From IMG/VR virus record IMGVR_UViG_3300036951_000320, positions 8,446 to 72,445 of that record: DNA of 64,000 bases; one strand, written 5' to 3'. The translations under genes were made by a program, and so were the position numbers. The DNA is from a virus (Duplodnaviria; Caudoviricetes). Position 1 is the stretch's first letter. Each line of letters begins with the position of its first letter. Under the pieces are notes generated by a model, which saw only the letters and a list, made by a program, of their open reading frames with translations, was not told the origin of the DNA and did no database searches. Below, piece by piece: positions 18,218 through 27,787 of the stretch.

Positions 18218-18748
18218 ATGTTCATCTTCGTTGAAGATTTTGAAGACTATCGGGAAGGAACCATCGTTGACGGCGAGCGCGCGATCGCGGTGCTCCAAAG
18301 TCGGGGGGCGCCGATGCTTCCGGTTGATCCGAGCTTGTTTGATCGAAATCCGATCGCGGGTTACTCCCGGCGATCATGGGGTAACGGTGGGCAACGATTC
18401 GAGCGCATGATAGGGCATCGTGCGTGCCCCCTCATGCTTTATGTGATACCGGGCACCCCCACGTTGCACTGGACGGCACGGGTCGAACCGATCGAAGACA
18501 CAACCGAAAGCAAGGGAACCTTCCGGTTGACAACGAACACGGGAGTCCACGGCGTGACGCTCACGGGCGGACTTGTAGCGGACGATCGCGCGAGCGTGAT
18601 CGACTGCCCCCCGGATGCGAACGGCGGGTGGACGATCGGTGGTTCGGTGCGTGTCAATTGCGCAATGGAGGGGTTTCTTGCGTTGTCAATTTATGGTGCG
18701 GCGGTAGGTCTTCGTGTCGTGTGGGCGGCTGTAACGCAAGCAAAGTGA
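18218..18748 (+). CDS. Putative virion accessory protein
   Basis: GGGAGG RBS; beta-rich C-terminus. Confidence 0.55.
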   Translation: MFIFVEDFEDYREGTIVDGERAIAVLQSRGAPMLPVDPSLFDRNPIAGYSRRSWGNGGQRFERMIGHRACPLMLYVIPGTPTLHWTARVEPIEDTTESKGTFRLTTNTGVHGVTLTGGLVADDRASVIDCPPDANGGWTIGGSVRVNCAMEGFLALSIYGAAVGLRVVWAAVTQAK

Positions 18749-18803
18749 CTTTTCATTTTGGATCGGCGTGACGGAAGCACCGCATACGGGATAAATTCCC
18801 CGT

Positions 18804-19454
18804 ATGGCGATCAAAATTCTTTTGAACACAACGCGGATGGGTTCAACGGTGTGCAATGCTGGAACATCGTTCAACACCGAAACAGAAGCAGAGATCATAA
18901 CCAAGTTGGAATCTTCCGGCGGGCGACTCGTTGACCCGACGCCGGAGATTGTGACGGCGGCTGCGATCGCTGTCATGCGACGGATGCGTGGCGATGATGA
19001 AGCATCGATCAATGCGGGGATAATCGCGGTAGCAGGTAGTGAAAAAGGATCGGATGACGGATTGATTCAAAGACGTTCGGTGACGATCACCGTTTCCGAT
19101 TTGACGGAGGCGGTTGACGGGGCCCCGCAACAATTCAACGTTGGCAATGTTCTTCCGGTGAACGCTCGAATAATTGGGCGTTCGCTTCGTGACGTGACAC
19201 CGTTCACCGGCGGAGGTGCAACCGAGGTGCTTCTTGACGTAGGCGGAACGGACCCCGATGCAATCATTGCGGGGGAAGATTTGCTTGCGGGAGGAACCAA
19301 CGAACGCGAAGGGGCGGCGGGTGTAAACCCGACGGGTGGGCTTTATGGTGGGCAACAAATAACGGCAACCTTCACACCGGACGTTACACATAACCTTGCG
19401 GATTTGACAGCGGGTGCGGTGACAATCGATGTTCTTTTCGTGGTGGTGTCATGA
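18804..19454 (+). CDS. Putative virion decoration protein (beta-sandwich C-terminus)
   Basis: SVTITVSDL...LPVNARII...VLLDVG...LTAGAVTIDVLF resembles capsid cement/decoration proteins. Confidence 0.6.
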   Translation: MAIKILLNTTRMGSTVCNAGTSFNTETEAEIITKLESSGGRLVDPTPEIVTAAAIAVMRRMRGDDEASINAGIIAVAGSEKGSDDGLIQRRSVTITVSDLTEAVDGAPQQFNVGNVLPVNARIIGRSLRDVTPFTGGGATEVLLDVGGTDPDAIIAGEDLLAGGTNEREGAAGVNPTGGLYGGQQITATFTPDVTHNLADLTAGAVTIDVLFVVVS

Positions 19455-19531
19455 GAACCGAACCGCTTCCTTCAATGAATGACGGGGCGTGTTGCGTGCG
19501 TAACGATGCGCAAGCATGATAGGTTGTCAGC

Positions 19532-20170
19532 ATGGCGAATGCATTCATTCAAGGCGCTCCGGTGCGGCCCATCGTATATGTTGAATCACCTACGGATCTA
19601 CGCCCGGTTGAACCTTCAAATCTTTTCGCCCCATGGATGCTTGCGTTCGTGTGGACCGTAAAAGATTTTTTCGCATGGAATCCTGTTTCAACGGATGCGG
19701 ATGATGGTGTGTCGGTGATCAAACCGAACGACGTTGCGGCGATGGATCCGGGAAGATGGGTTCGATTAGGCGGCGGAGGTGGTTACATGGCGGTTGAAAC
19801 CTACTTGTTTAGACTTGAAGGACCATTCGCGGGTGCGGCTGTACCGGGCACGTTCGATGGTCCGATGCTCGTGATCTCCGCGCGAACGATCGCGAACGTG
19901 TGGCTTTTACGTCGCAAGCATGGTGGTTCCGGAACAACGCGAATCACCGTTAGGATCAACCATACGAATTTGTTTTCATCACCGGCGAATGAACCGCAAG
20001 TCACGACTGCAATGGGAGATTATGCCGTGGTGTCTTCGAACGTGTTCAATCCGGGTGTCGAAAATCTTTCATCGGGTGACGTGGTGGAAGTGTTCCTTCA
20101 AGAAGTCGAAACGGATAATCCACCGGATACTCCGGAAGGATTGTGCGTGATAATTGAATTTGCCCCATGA
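19532..20170 (+). CDS. Putative virion appendage protein
   Basis: FAWNPVSTDADDGVSVIKP...GRWVRL is a tailspike/fibre-type motif. Confidence 0.6.
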   Translation: MANAFIQGAPVRPIVYVESPTDLRPVEPSNLFAPWMLAFVWTVKDFFAWNPVSTDADDGVSVIKPNDVAAMDPGRWVRLGGGGGYMAVETYLFRLEGPFAGAAVPGTFDGPMLVISARTIANVWLLRRKHGGSGTTRITVRINHTNLFSSPANEPQVTTAMGDYAVVSSNVFNPGVENLSSGDVVEVFLQEVETDNPPDTPEGLCVIIEFAP

Positions 20171-20186
20171 GGGCAGGGAGAATGAT

Positions 20187-21053
20187 ATGGCTACGATTTA
20201 TCCTCCGAACAATCGCAACCGTCTTGGGCCCCGTGTTGCCCTTGAATGGGGACCATTAACATCGGCGAAAATAGATGGATGGGCTTCGGACTTTTCGGCA
20301 ATTGTAGGGGGGGAAACGATCGATATTGGAGTAGGTGCAGGCGTACCTTCCACGATCACAATGCAAGCGGGTGATGATTCGGCGGCGGCGGTGGCGGCAC
20401 GAATCAATGTGACCTACCCCGGGTTGGCAACAACGAAGGATGGAGGAAAACGACTTCGCCTTGAACATGCAACGCGTGTTCGTGTTACGGCAGACCCGGC
20501 ATTCGATATGATAGGACTTCCGATTGAGGATCGCGATGTAGCGGCTTTGGCATCGGAAAGCTATGTTGTGCCGATTGTGTTTGCATTCGATCGATTTGCG
20601 GAGGTGTGTTCATCAGCGATCGAAATCCCGATTGAAGCGAATCGCATAGGTTTATGGGTTGGGGTTGAAGGCCGTGATACGACAACGCACAACCGATGGG
20701 GGATTCAATTTCACGCAATGTGGAGCAATGGCGACGAAGGGGAGCCGCCCTATACAACGGCAATCGGAACGAATGAAACGATCGCCGATCCGTCACCGAT
20801 TTACCCATCGGGTGATGAAGCTGTAGGTGCAATTACATTGTTGCATTCGAATTCGTTCATACTCGTTGGCTCGGTTGAAGGGTTCAAATTCGTTCGCTAC
20901 ATGGAATACGAAGTGCCGATCGGCGCAAAGCGAATGCGTCTATTCACAACGGGAGCGGCAAGCACGGAAGCCAACCCTTATACGACAACGAACCCCCCTC
21001 CCCTCATAGCTCCGGCCCTATCGTGTGCGGCATTCGTGGGGGTGCGATCATGA
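20187..21053 (+). CDS. Putative virion structural protein with a sheath-insertion-like domain
   Basis: GETIDIGVGAG...AAAVAARIN resembles the insertion domains in the sheath gene. Confidence 0.55.
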   Translation: MATIYPPNNRNRLGPRVALEWGPLTSAKIDGWASDFSAIVGGETIDIGVGAGVPSTITMQAGDDSAAAVAARINVTYPGLATTKDGGKRLRLEHATRVRVTADPAFDMIGLPIEDRDVAALASESYVVPIVFAFDRFAEVCSSAIEIPIEANRIGLWVGVEGRDTTTHNRWGIQFHAMWSNGDEGEPPYTTAIGTNETIADPSPIYPSGDEAVGAITLLHSNSFILVGSVEGFKFVRYMEYEVPIGAKRMRLFTTGAASTEANPYTTTNPPPLIAPALSCAAFVGVRS

Positions 21054-21547
21054 TACCCCTTGACAACGTGATCCGTGTTCGTGGGAGGTGGTCGCGTGCG
21101 GGGGATGGTCCACAACCGAGAAACGTAGGTGATTATACGTCGGCAGACTTCAATTCGCCCGAATATGAAGACTGCATCATACGTCACAATGACGGGGTGG
21201 ACACGGGCTATATTGTTCAACGGAGCGGGCTTTATCTCGTATCCGCAACGCTCATGTTAGATCATGATTCGGCCCTAGATCCGGTGACGATCCGTTTCGT
21301 GGATGTAGAACAACCGGACCCGGTGCTTCGTCGATGGACAATTTTTCCGCTTGTCAAAAATTATGTTTCGTGCGCCGTTTCAGCGGTGCTTCCGATTGAG
21401 ACAAACTGTAGATTGAAGGTTCAATGGGATGGTGCGAATGAGCTAGTTTCTCGTGACTTTTACGGGCAGGATGTTTCATGGTTAGAGATCACACGATTAG
21501 GATCCGTTTGGTTCAAGTCTTCTAAAGTTAGTATGTTAATAGAATGA
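21050..21547 (+). CDS. C1q/TNF-like jelly-roll domain protein
   Basis: YIVQRSGLYLVSATLML...LEITRLG pattern. Confidence 0.5.
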   Translation: MIPLDNVIRVRGRWSRAGDGPQPRNVGDYTSADFNSPEYEDCIIRHNDGVDTGYIVQRSGLYLVSATLMLDHDSALDPVTIRFVDVEQPDPVLRRWTIFPLVKNYVSCAVSAVLPIETNCRLKVQWDGANELVSRDFYGQDVSWLEITRLGSVWFKSSKVSMLIE

Positions 21548-21813
21548 ACCCCCTCCGTGAATTCATCGCAACGATCCTTGTGCAAATCGGAATGTGGTGC
21601 GTGAGCATTGCTTCCATGATTGACGGCGGCGATGAAGACACGAGCAAATCGTTTGACAACGATTTGCAAGATGCGTTCGCGCAATCACCGATCACGGCGG
21701 AGGCGGCGGAACTACTCGCGCCTCCGATCGCGCGCAAGCGGACGAAGAAAGCGGTTGACAAGCCGTTGCGTGGAAGCATTCGCGCGAGGCGGGAGAAAGC
21801 GACGATACTATGA
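21544..21813 (+). CDS. Small hypothetical protein with a hydrophobic N-terminus
   Basis: 89 aa; overlaps both neighbours. Confidence 0.45.
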   Translation: MNPLREFIATILVQIGMWCVSIASMIDGGDEDTSKSFDNDLQDAFAQSPITAEAAELLAPPIARKRTKKAVDKPLRGSIRARREKATIL

Positions 21814-24002
21814 CGGCTTCGAAATCGTCGGTTCACTTTGAAGGAATCGCAATGCTACCTAGTTCGTTCGGGCTTGATCATACAACGATGGGGCCGGAAC
21901 TAGGCGCAACCCGAATTTGGTCTTCCCCTCGAAGATCAATCCTCGAATTTCGGGAGCGCTTCTATCGTTGCACGCAACATGATCACAAGACGTTTGACTT
22001 CAACGGGCGCGTGATACCGGCGGGAGGCATCACGGGTTCGCAGCCGCTTTTGACTTCTCTTCAATCTCCGGTCTTCGTTCCGCTCGATCAACGGCGACCG
22101 TCGAACCCCTATCGGCTCGCGAGGGTGGTCGTTCAAGAATTTACGGGGCTCGTGTTCGGTCATGATCGATGGCCGGTGATCCGGGACGTGGACCCCGAAA
22201 CGCAAGACTTCGCCGACTCGCTTGTGAAGGCTTCGCATCTTCGATCGGTCATGCTTCGAGCGCGAAACCTTGGCGGGAGTGTGGGAACCGTGGGCTTGTC
22301 GTGGGCGTTCATCGAAGGCAAACCTCGTGTGCGTGTTCACAATGGGAAAAATCTTCATGTCCACAAATGGCGTGATCGTGATGCGCTGATTCCCGATCAT
22401 GTGATGGAGCTTTATCAAACCCCCCGTGATGAATGGGATCCTGAAAAGCGAACGATTGTGCGGCGGTGGTATTGGTTCCGACGCGACTGGACCCCCGTCG
22501 CTGACGTGAGGTTTCATGAAGTCGAAGTCACGAAGAACGAGCCGATTTGGCGGATCGATGAAGAGGCAACCATTGTTCATGGTGACGGGTTCACACATTT
22601 CGTTTGGGTTCAAAACCTCCCCGATGAAGATGAAACTTCGATCGATGGACAACCGGACTATGCGGAGCTTTACGAACAAGCGAACGAGCTAGACACGTTG
22701 AATAGTGTCGTTTCACGCGGCGCAAAATTGAACCTTGATCCAACACTTGTGTTGAAGATGGATCGAGCATTGATTGACAGATTTGGAGTGAGAAAGGGGT
22801 CGGAAAATGCGCTTGCGGTTGGGGAAAGCGGCGATGCAAACTACCTCGAATTAGCAGGCACAAGCATCACTGCCGGGGTCGATTTGTTCAAGCAACAAAG
22901 GGGGCTTGCTCTTGAAGTCGCGCAATGCGTGATTCCGGACCCGAACACGATAACGGCGGCGGGAACGTCATCCGTCGCGTTGAAGGTGATCTACGCTCCG
23001 ATGCTCGGGAAAGCGACCATGCTTCGGACACAATATGGATCGGCAATTGAGCGCTTGCTTGAACAAATGATTGCGAGTGCAAAGGCGATATATTCGATCA
23101 CGGAAACGGTGATCGAAACGGATGAACAAGGGAATAAGGTTGAAAGCGAAGTTTCCTATGGGCTTTCACTTCCTCCCCGCATCATTCGCGAACCCATCTT
23201 TGATGAAGATGGGCGACCTACCGGAAAAGAAACCGTAAAGGTTGAAGAGCGAACCCCTGGCAACGGAGGGGATCTTGATCTCGAATGGGATGATTTTTTC
23301 GCGCCGACGGCAAACGATCGTCTTCAAGCTGTTCAAACCGTAACGACAGCAACGGTGGGAAAGCCGGTGTTGTCGCAACGTGGGGGCGCAATGCTTGTGT
23401 CTGCAATGTTCGGGCTCGATGCTACTTCGGAGATTGTGGCGCTTGAAGCCGCTGAACGCGCAAAGCTTGCGGCGCAAGATTCAATGTTTTACGGAACGGG
23501 TGGTGATATTTCGACAGATCACGAACTAGCAGAGGTGGCAAGGGCGGCGGGGCAACGTTCGTTCGATGCGGAACACGAGCCTTCGATCGATGAAGAAGAG
23601 CACGAGCCTTCGATCGATGAAGAAGAGCATGAGCCTTCGATCGATGAAGGACGTGTGCTTGTTTCTGGTAAGACCGCGGTAGAGCTTACCAGCACGGACC
23701 TTGCTTCGATCGTGACGGTGAATGAAGGAAGACGGGGGGCGGGGTTAGGCCCCCTCATGCGTTCCGATGGAACGATTGATCCCGACGGCAATTTGACGAT
23801 CAAGGAATTCCAAGCGAAGCGTGAGGCGAAGGGCGCAACGGAAGGGGACTATGCGGCGAAGCGTGCGGCGGGGGTCCCGCTTGTGGACCCCCCGAAGGTT
23901 TCCGTTGTGCAAGGTGCGAAGCCGGGGGCTTCAAATACACCGAACACAATAGGTGTTCCTTCCAAGGATACGAAGCCCCCGGGGGTCAAGGGTGAATCAT
24001 GA
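21810..24002 (+). CDS. Portal protein
   Basis: Position and size; SPP1-like features (LDTLNS...NLDPTLVLK...SGDANYLELAG...SSVALKVIYAPM...LDLEWDDF). Confidence 0.85.
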   Translation: MTASKSSVHFEGIAMLPSSFGLDHTTMGPELGATRIWSSPRRSILEFRERFYRCTQHDHKTFDFNGRVIPAGGITGSQPLLTSLQSPVFVPLDQRRPSNPYRLARVVVQEFTGLVFGHDRWPVIRDVDPETQDFADSLVKASHLRSVMLRARNLGGSVGTVGLSWAFIEGKPRVRVHNGKNLHVHKWRDRDALIPDHVMELYQTPRDEWDPEKRTIVRRWYWFRRDWTPVADVRFHEVEVTKNEPIWRIDEEATIVHGDGFTHFVWVQNLPDEDETSIDGQPDYAELYEQANELDTLNSVVSRGAKLNLDPTLVLKMDRALIDRFGVRKGSENALAVGESGDANYLELAGTSITAGVDLFKQQRGLALEVAQCVIPDPNTITAAGTSSVALKVIYAPMLGKATMLRTQYGSAIERLLEQMIASAKAIYSITETVIETDEQGNKVESEVSYGLSLPPRIIREPIFDEDGRPTGKETVKVEERTPGNGGDLDLEWDDFFAPTANDRLQAVQTVTTATVGKPVLSQRGGAMLVSAMFGLDATSEIVALEAAERAKLAAQDSMFYGTGGDISTDHELAEVARAAGQRSFDAEHEPSIDEEEHEPSIDEEEHEPSIDEGRVLVSGKTAVELTSTDLASIVTVNEGRRGAGLGPLMRSDGTIDPDGNLTIKEFQAKREAKGATEGDYAAKRAAGVPLVDPPKVSVVQGAKPGASNTPNTIGVPSKDTKPPGVKGES
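23569..23649 (+). repeat. 27-bp coding tandem repeat x3 (EHEPSIDEE)
   Basis: GA(A/G)CA(C/T)GAGCCTTCGATCGATGAAG repeated in the portal C-terminus. Confidence 0.85.
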
Positions 24003-24301
24003 GTGATGATCTTTTGACATGGGCAACGAAGGCAAAGAACGGCATCCATCCAATTAAGGCGAAGCCATCGTTCGGTGTAACGTCGGATGACTTATCATGG
24101 ATCGATCCGATTTATCGGGATCAAATCCGAGGATGGGGAACGGCAAAGCGGGTCCCCGGAAATCCGCCGGCATGGGTTGCTTCCCCCTCGATCTGGAATA
24201 GGGCAAGGGAGGCGGTCGAAAAGGGCCATTGGGAAAGATATGATGAACCATGGGCGGTTGTGGCTCATGTATATCGGAACATGGGCGGCGGGGTGAAGTG
24301 A
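23999..24301 (+). CDS. Hypothetical protein
   Basis: 100 aa; ATGA overlap. Confidence 0.6.
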   Translation: MSDDLLTWATKAKNGIHPIKAKPSFGVTSDDLSWIDPIYRDQIRGWGTAKRVPGNPPAWVASPSIWNRAREAVEKGHWERYDEPWAVVAHVYRNMGGGVK

Positions 24302-24320
24302 CGGAAACACGTGTTTCCGT
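24301..24320. promoter_or_regulatory. 20-bp perfect palindrome (copy 3), before the MuF gene
   Basis: Exact match. Confidence 0.8.
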
Positions 24321-24333
24321 GGCGGGGTGAGCC

Positions 24334-26958
24334 ATGGCGCGAAATCCGGCGGACCTTTTGCGGGAGAACGTTGTTCGCGCTTCCGCGTGGGTGAAGGGCG
24401 AAGGGCCCGGCGAAGCCCCCATGCGCCGGCTTCACGAGATCATGACGCGCGCTTCGGCGGATCTTGAAAGCCGGCTCCGGGAAGCCGAAGGGCTCGGGGG
24501 GCCCGGTGCGGGGAGCTTCACGGCAACGCAAATGCGCGTGACCCTGAACCAGATCGAAGACGTGCTTCGGTCGATCCGTCCGATGCTTTCGAGCACGGTG
24601 GTTAGCTCCGCCTCTTCGGTGGCGACGGCAAGCACGAAGGAAACGATCGCCTACCTTGAAGCGGCGGAGCGCTCGTTCAAGGGGTCCGCGCAAGGGCTCA
24701 TGCTGAACGAGGCGGCGATCATGGATCGCGTTTCGAGCGGGATGGAGGCAAGCGTGCTTCGGCGCCTCGCGACAAGCGGCGAACCGCAATCGTCGCTTGC
24801 TGAACCGCACCTCGGCAAGCTCGGGATCCTTGATCGGTACGGCTTGAACGTGGTGGGCAAGTTTGAAGAAATCATGCAACGGCGCTTCATCACACGGGCG
24901 CCATGGAATGACGTTCGTAACGAATTGATCGAGCAATCGCCGTTCCTTGTGGGGCGGCGCGCGGAAGAAGGCGCGGGGGTCGCAACCCGATGGGCGGAGC
25001 GGATACTTCGCACCGAAACGATGAACGCGCACAACCGCGCGGGGTGGCAGACGATTGTTGAAGCGAACAAAACACTGAAGGACACAATCAAGATCCTTGT
25101 CGCGGTATTCGACAATCGCACGGCATCGGATAGTTATGCCGTCCATGGGCAGATACGCTACCCCGAACAACCATTTGATTCGTGGTGGGGGAGTTACATG
25201 CACCCCCCGAACCGCCCGAACGATCGCGAAGTGGTGGTGCCTCATCGTATGTCGTGGCCCTTACCGAAAGAGCTTACGCCGAAAAGTGACTCCGAAGTGT
25301 TCGCAAGGTGGAAATTGGAGAAGCGTAGAGGTTCCCCCCCTGCACGTCCGGCGATGGAACCCCCCGGGTTTTCACGCGACGAGATCGGCAAGGCGCCTCC
25401 GCCTCCGCCGATCTCGCAACCGGGCTTCGATGAAGAAGCCCCGAGCGTGACGATCGACGGGGAGCGGTTGCCCCGGCTCGGAAAAGGGATGGAGTGGGGC
25501 GACGCGAGCCCGATCGGGTATGACGACATTTCGGGGGATAAGCCCAAAGGGCTCGGGCTTGTGCCATGGAAGATCGTCGAAGGCTTCGATATGGGCGGGA
25601 GCGCGCGACAGAATCGCGCGATGCGGACGCTTCAACACTTACGCGGAGGCTCGTTCGCTTCGGGCTTTGGGCCCCTGGAATCGCTCGGCTTCGACGTTCT
25701 GAAGCCTCGCACGCTGGCGAAGATCAAGGGGGAAATCGAGCAACGGGTTTCGATCAGCGCGACAACCGATCGCTACAATCTTGAATCCTTGTTGAGCGAC
25801 CCCTCTTCCGGTGTGACGCGTCAACGCGTGCGACTTGATCGCCTTTCGTTCACGCGGAGCGACTTCGATTTGTTCGAAGCGCGGAATCATATCCGCGCGG
25901 CGGAGGTGGGCGGGTTTCAAACAACGGGCGCCGGCGTGGTGACGGTGAAGCACAACGGAAAAATTTATGTGCTCCAGGGGGGGTCACGCATTGCGGCGCA
26001 ACGCTTGCTTGGGCAATTCGAAGACGAAGTGATAGTGATCGACTTGGATCACCGAAGCCCGAAGCCTAAGACGAATGCGCAATTTGTCGAAGCGCTCCCG
26101 GACGGTGTTGACTCCCCGGAGAAGCGCGCGACGTTTCGCTCTTCGTTCCGTGACTGGTACGCAAACGACGGGATTCAATCGCGCGACGTTGCGGCGTTGC
26201 GTACCGGAATGGGAGCGCTCGAAATCAAGCAGCTCCCGCCCGGAATCGCCGGCTACCATTTGTGGGACGGAACGATCCAGATCGAACAATTTGGCGACAC
26301 GGAAGCAAAACTTGAACGTGCCATTGCGGCGGTGAAGAAGGGGCAGCGGACGGCTTCACCTGATCTTGCAACGATGTTCCACGAAGAATCCCACGGCTTC
26401 TCACCATGCGGATTTGGCGCTTATCGCGGCTCGGGCGTGGGGCTTGAAGAGGCGACTACGGAGCTTTATGCGCGGCGGAAGTGGCGGGAGCTTTTCAGCG
26501 TCAAGCAACCACGTCACGAGCAGACATTCGAAGAAGATCCGAGCTTGAGCGTGGTGGAACGATCGCGGAGGCGTGCGACGGCGGAGCAAGCGGATCGATC
26601 GGCGCCTTTCGAAGACCGCATAGGGTTTCGCCCGGTGCATGATGCGGGAACGTGGGTTGACAATTCGGTGGGGCCATATCGCGAATATATCGCGGCCCTG
26701 TATGACTTTACGCACAAGCACACGGGGCTCCATCCCGACGCGATCCCCGACGTGATCGATCGGGCGATCGTTCGCATGCGGCAGGGTACGGCGATCGCTT
26801 CAACGCCGGAAGACTTGATCCACATGTACGTTGACGCGCTTGATGGGATCAAGGTGGACGTGCGAGGCAAGCCGGTGAAGGTGAAGCTTGGCGAGGCGAA
26901 GCGAACCGCCATGGAGCAAGCTATGCTAAACGACACACGATTTCAGTCGAAGCCGTGA
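24334..26958 (+). CDS. MuF/SPP1 gp7-like minor head protein with C-terminal ParB-like and HEExH zincin domains
   Basis: RILRTETMNAHN...FDNRT...HPPNRPNDREVVVP (MuF); KIYVLQGGSRIAA (ParB-like); FHEESH...GLEEATTE (metallopeptidase). Confidence 0.8.
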   Translation: MARNPADLLRENVVRASAWVKGEGPGEAPMRRLHEIMTRASADLESRLREAEGLGGPGAGSFTATQMRVTLNQIEDVLRSIRPMLSSTVVSSASSVATASTKETIAYLEAAERSFKGSAQGLMLNEAAIMDRVSSGMEASVLRRLATSGEPQSSLAEPHLGKLGILDRYGLNVVGKFEEIMQRRFITRAPWNDVRNELIEQSPFLVGRRAEEGAGVATRWAERILRTETMNAHNRAGWQTIVEANKTLKDTIKILVAVFDNRTASDSYAVHGQIRYPEQPFDSWWGSYMHPPNRPNDREVVVPHRMSWPLPKELTPKSDSEVFARWKLEKRRGSPPARPAMEPPGFSRDEIGKAPPPPPISQPGFDEEAPSVTIDGERLPRLGKGMEWGDASPIGYDDISGDKPKGLGLVPWKIVEGFDMGGSARQNRAMRTLQHLRGGSFASGFGPLESLGFDVLKPRTLAKIKGEIEQRVSISATTDRYNLESLLSDPSSGVTRQRVRLDRLSFTRSDFDLFEARNHIRAAEVGGFQTTGAGVVTVKHNGKIYVLQGGSRIAAQRLLGQFEDEVIVIDLDHRSPKPKTNAQFVEALPDGVDSPEKRATFRSSFRDWYANDGIQSRDVAALRTGMGALEIKQLPPGIAGYHLWDGTIQIEQFGDTEAKLERAIAAVKKGQRTASPDLATMFHEESHGFSPCGFGAYRGSGVGLEEATTELYARRKWRELFSVKQPRHEQTFEEDPSLSVVERSRRRATAEQADRSAPFEDRIGFRPVHDAGTWVDNSVGPYREYIAALYDFTHKHTGLHPDAIPDVIDRAIVRMRQGTAIASTPEDLIHMYVDALDGIKVDVRGKPVKVKLGEAKRTAMEQAMLNDTRFQSKP

Positions 26959-26976
26959 TCGCAGTATGATGGAAGC

Positions 26977-27183
26977 ATGAGCCCCCTTCGTTCCCTTCCC
27001 GTGGTGGTGTCGATCGACGAAACGATCGAAGCCTACGAAGCCCTGCTTCGCAAGTATGACGGCTCCCCCCCTACGGAGCTAGTTGTGCCTCTTGTGCGCC
27101 AGCATGGCGTAGATGAAGCGATCGTGATCGAACGCATGCGCGAGGCGGCGGAGCGGCTTGGATACGGCAAGCGGCGCCCTTGA
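26977..27183 (+). CDS. Small protein after the MuF fusion (candidate immunity or partner)
   Basis: 68 aa; own TATGAT-N6-ATG. Confidence 0.55.
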   Translation: MSPLRSLPVVVSIDETIEAYEALLRKYDGSPPTELVVPLVRQHGVDEAIVIERMREAAERLGYGKRRP

Positions 27184-27232
27184 CGCGCCCCCTCGTTGCT
27201 CCCCTTGATCCGTGCGTGCTACCCTTCGATGC

Positions 27233-27412
27233 ATGGGAAAGCCTTTCAAGATTGTTGACACGCCCCCCTCCATTTACACTTCCGACGTGAGAACCCCCGA
27301 TCATCCTGTCGATGATTCGACCACGCGGGAAGATGGGATCATGGAAGAGAAACCATGGAAACCATCGGGGCCGGTGAATGATGCGAACAAACCACCGATG
27401 CGCTTCGATTGA
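27233..27412 (+). CDS. Small hypothetical protein
   Basis: TG-C-TACCCT-N7-ATG; MGKPFKIVD... Confidence 0.5.
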   Translation: MGKPFKIVDTPPSIYTSDVRTPDHPVDDSTTREDGIMEEKPWKPSGPVNDANKPPMRFD

Positions 27413-27423
27413 TTCACGTTGCG

Positions 27424-27453
27424 TTGACGTGTGAGGCGATGAAGCGGTAGCCT
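27424..27453 (+). promoter_or_regulatory. Sigma70-type promoter TTGACG-N18-TAGCCT
   Basis: Near-consensus boxes upstream of the head gene block. Confidence 0.55.
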
Positions 27454-27472
27454 TCAAAACGGAGAAAGAGAC

Positions 27473-27784
27473 ATGGCAAAATCGGGTGATGGAACAACGA
27501 ATCCTTTCGGTGATGGTCGCGGTGGCGCTGGTAATGGCAAAGTTACACCGGCAAATTTGATCGTGAATCCACGCGGTGGCGGTGGCAATGGTGTGACACC
27601 GCGTGTGCTCACTGCAACAAATTCGAACGATGAACAAGCATCGGGTGGCGACCCGACAATGAATGCTGATTCGGTTGTGAGCGATGGGGTCGAACCCACG
27701 ATTGATCCTCCGCAAGCGGAAGACATAGGCACACGAGCAATCGGACAGAATGCAAACAAGCCGTTCAAGTTAGTAGAGGGTTAA
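27473..27784 (+). CDS. Hypothetical Gly-rich head-region protein
   Basis: GGAG RBS; 103 aa. Confidence 0.6.
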   Translation: MAKSGDGTTNPFGDGRGGAGNGKVTPANLIVNPRGGGGNGVTPRVLTATNSNDEQASGGDPTMNADSVVSDGVEPTIDPPQAEDIGTRAIGQNANKPFKLVEG

Positions 27785-27787
27785 GTC

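Noticed and set aside
24265-25245. Long antisense ORFs over structural genes (also 30714..31727, 46401..47381, 50054..51082, 52087..52926)
   Set aside because: Typical high-GC shadow frames overlapping well-supported genes
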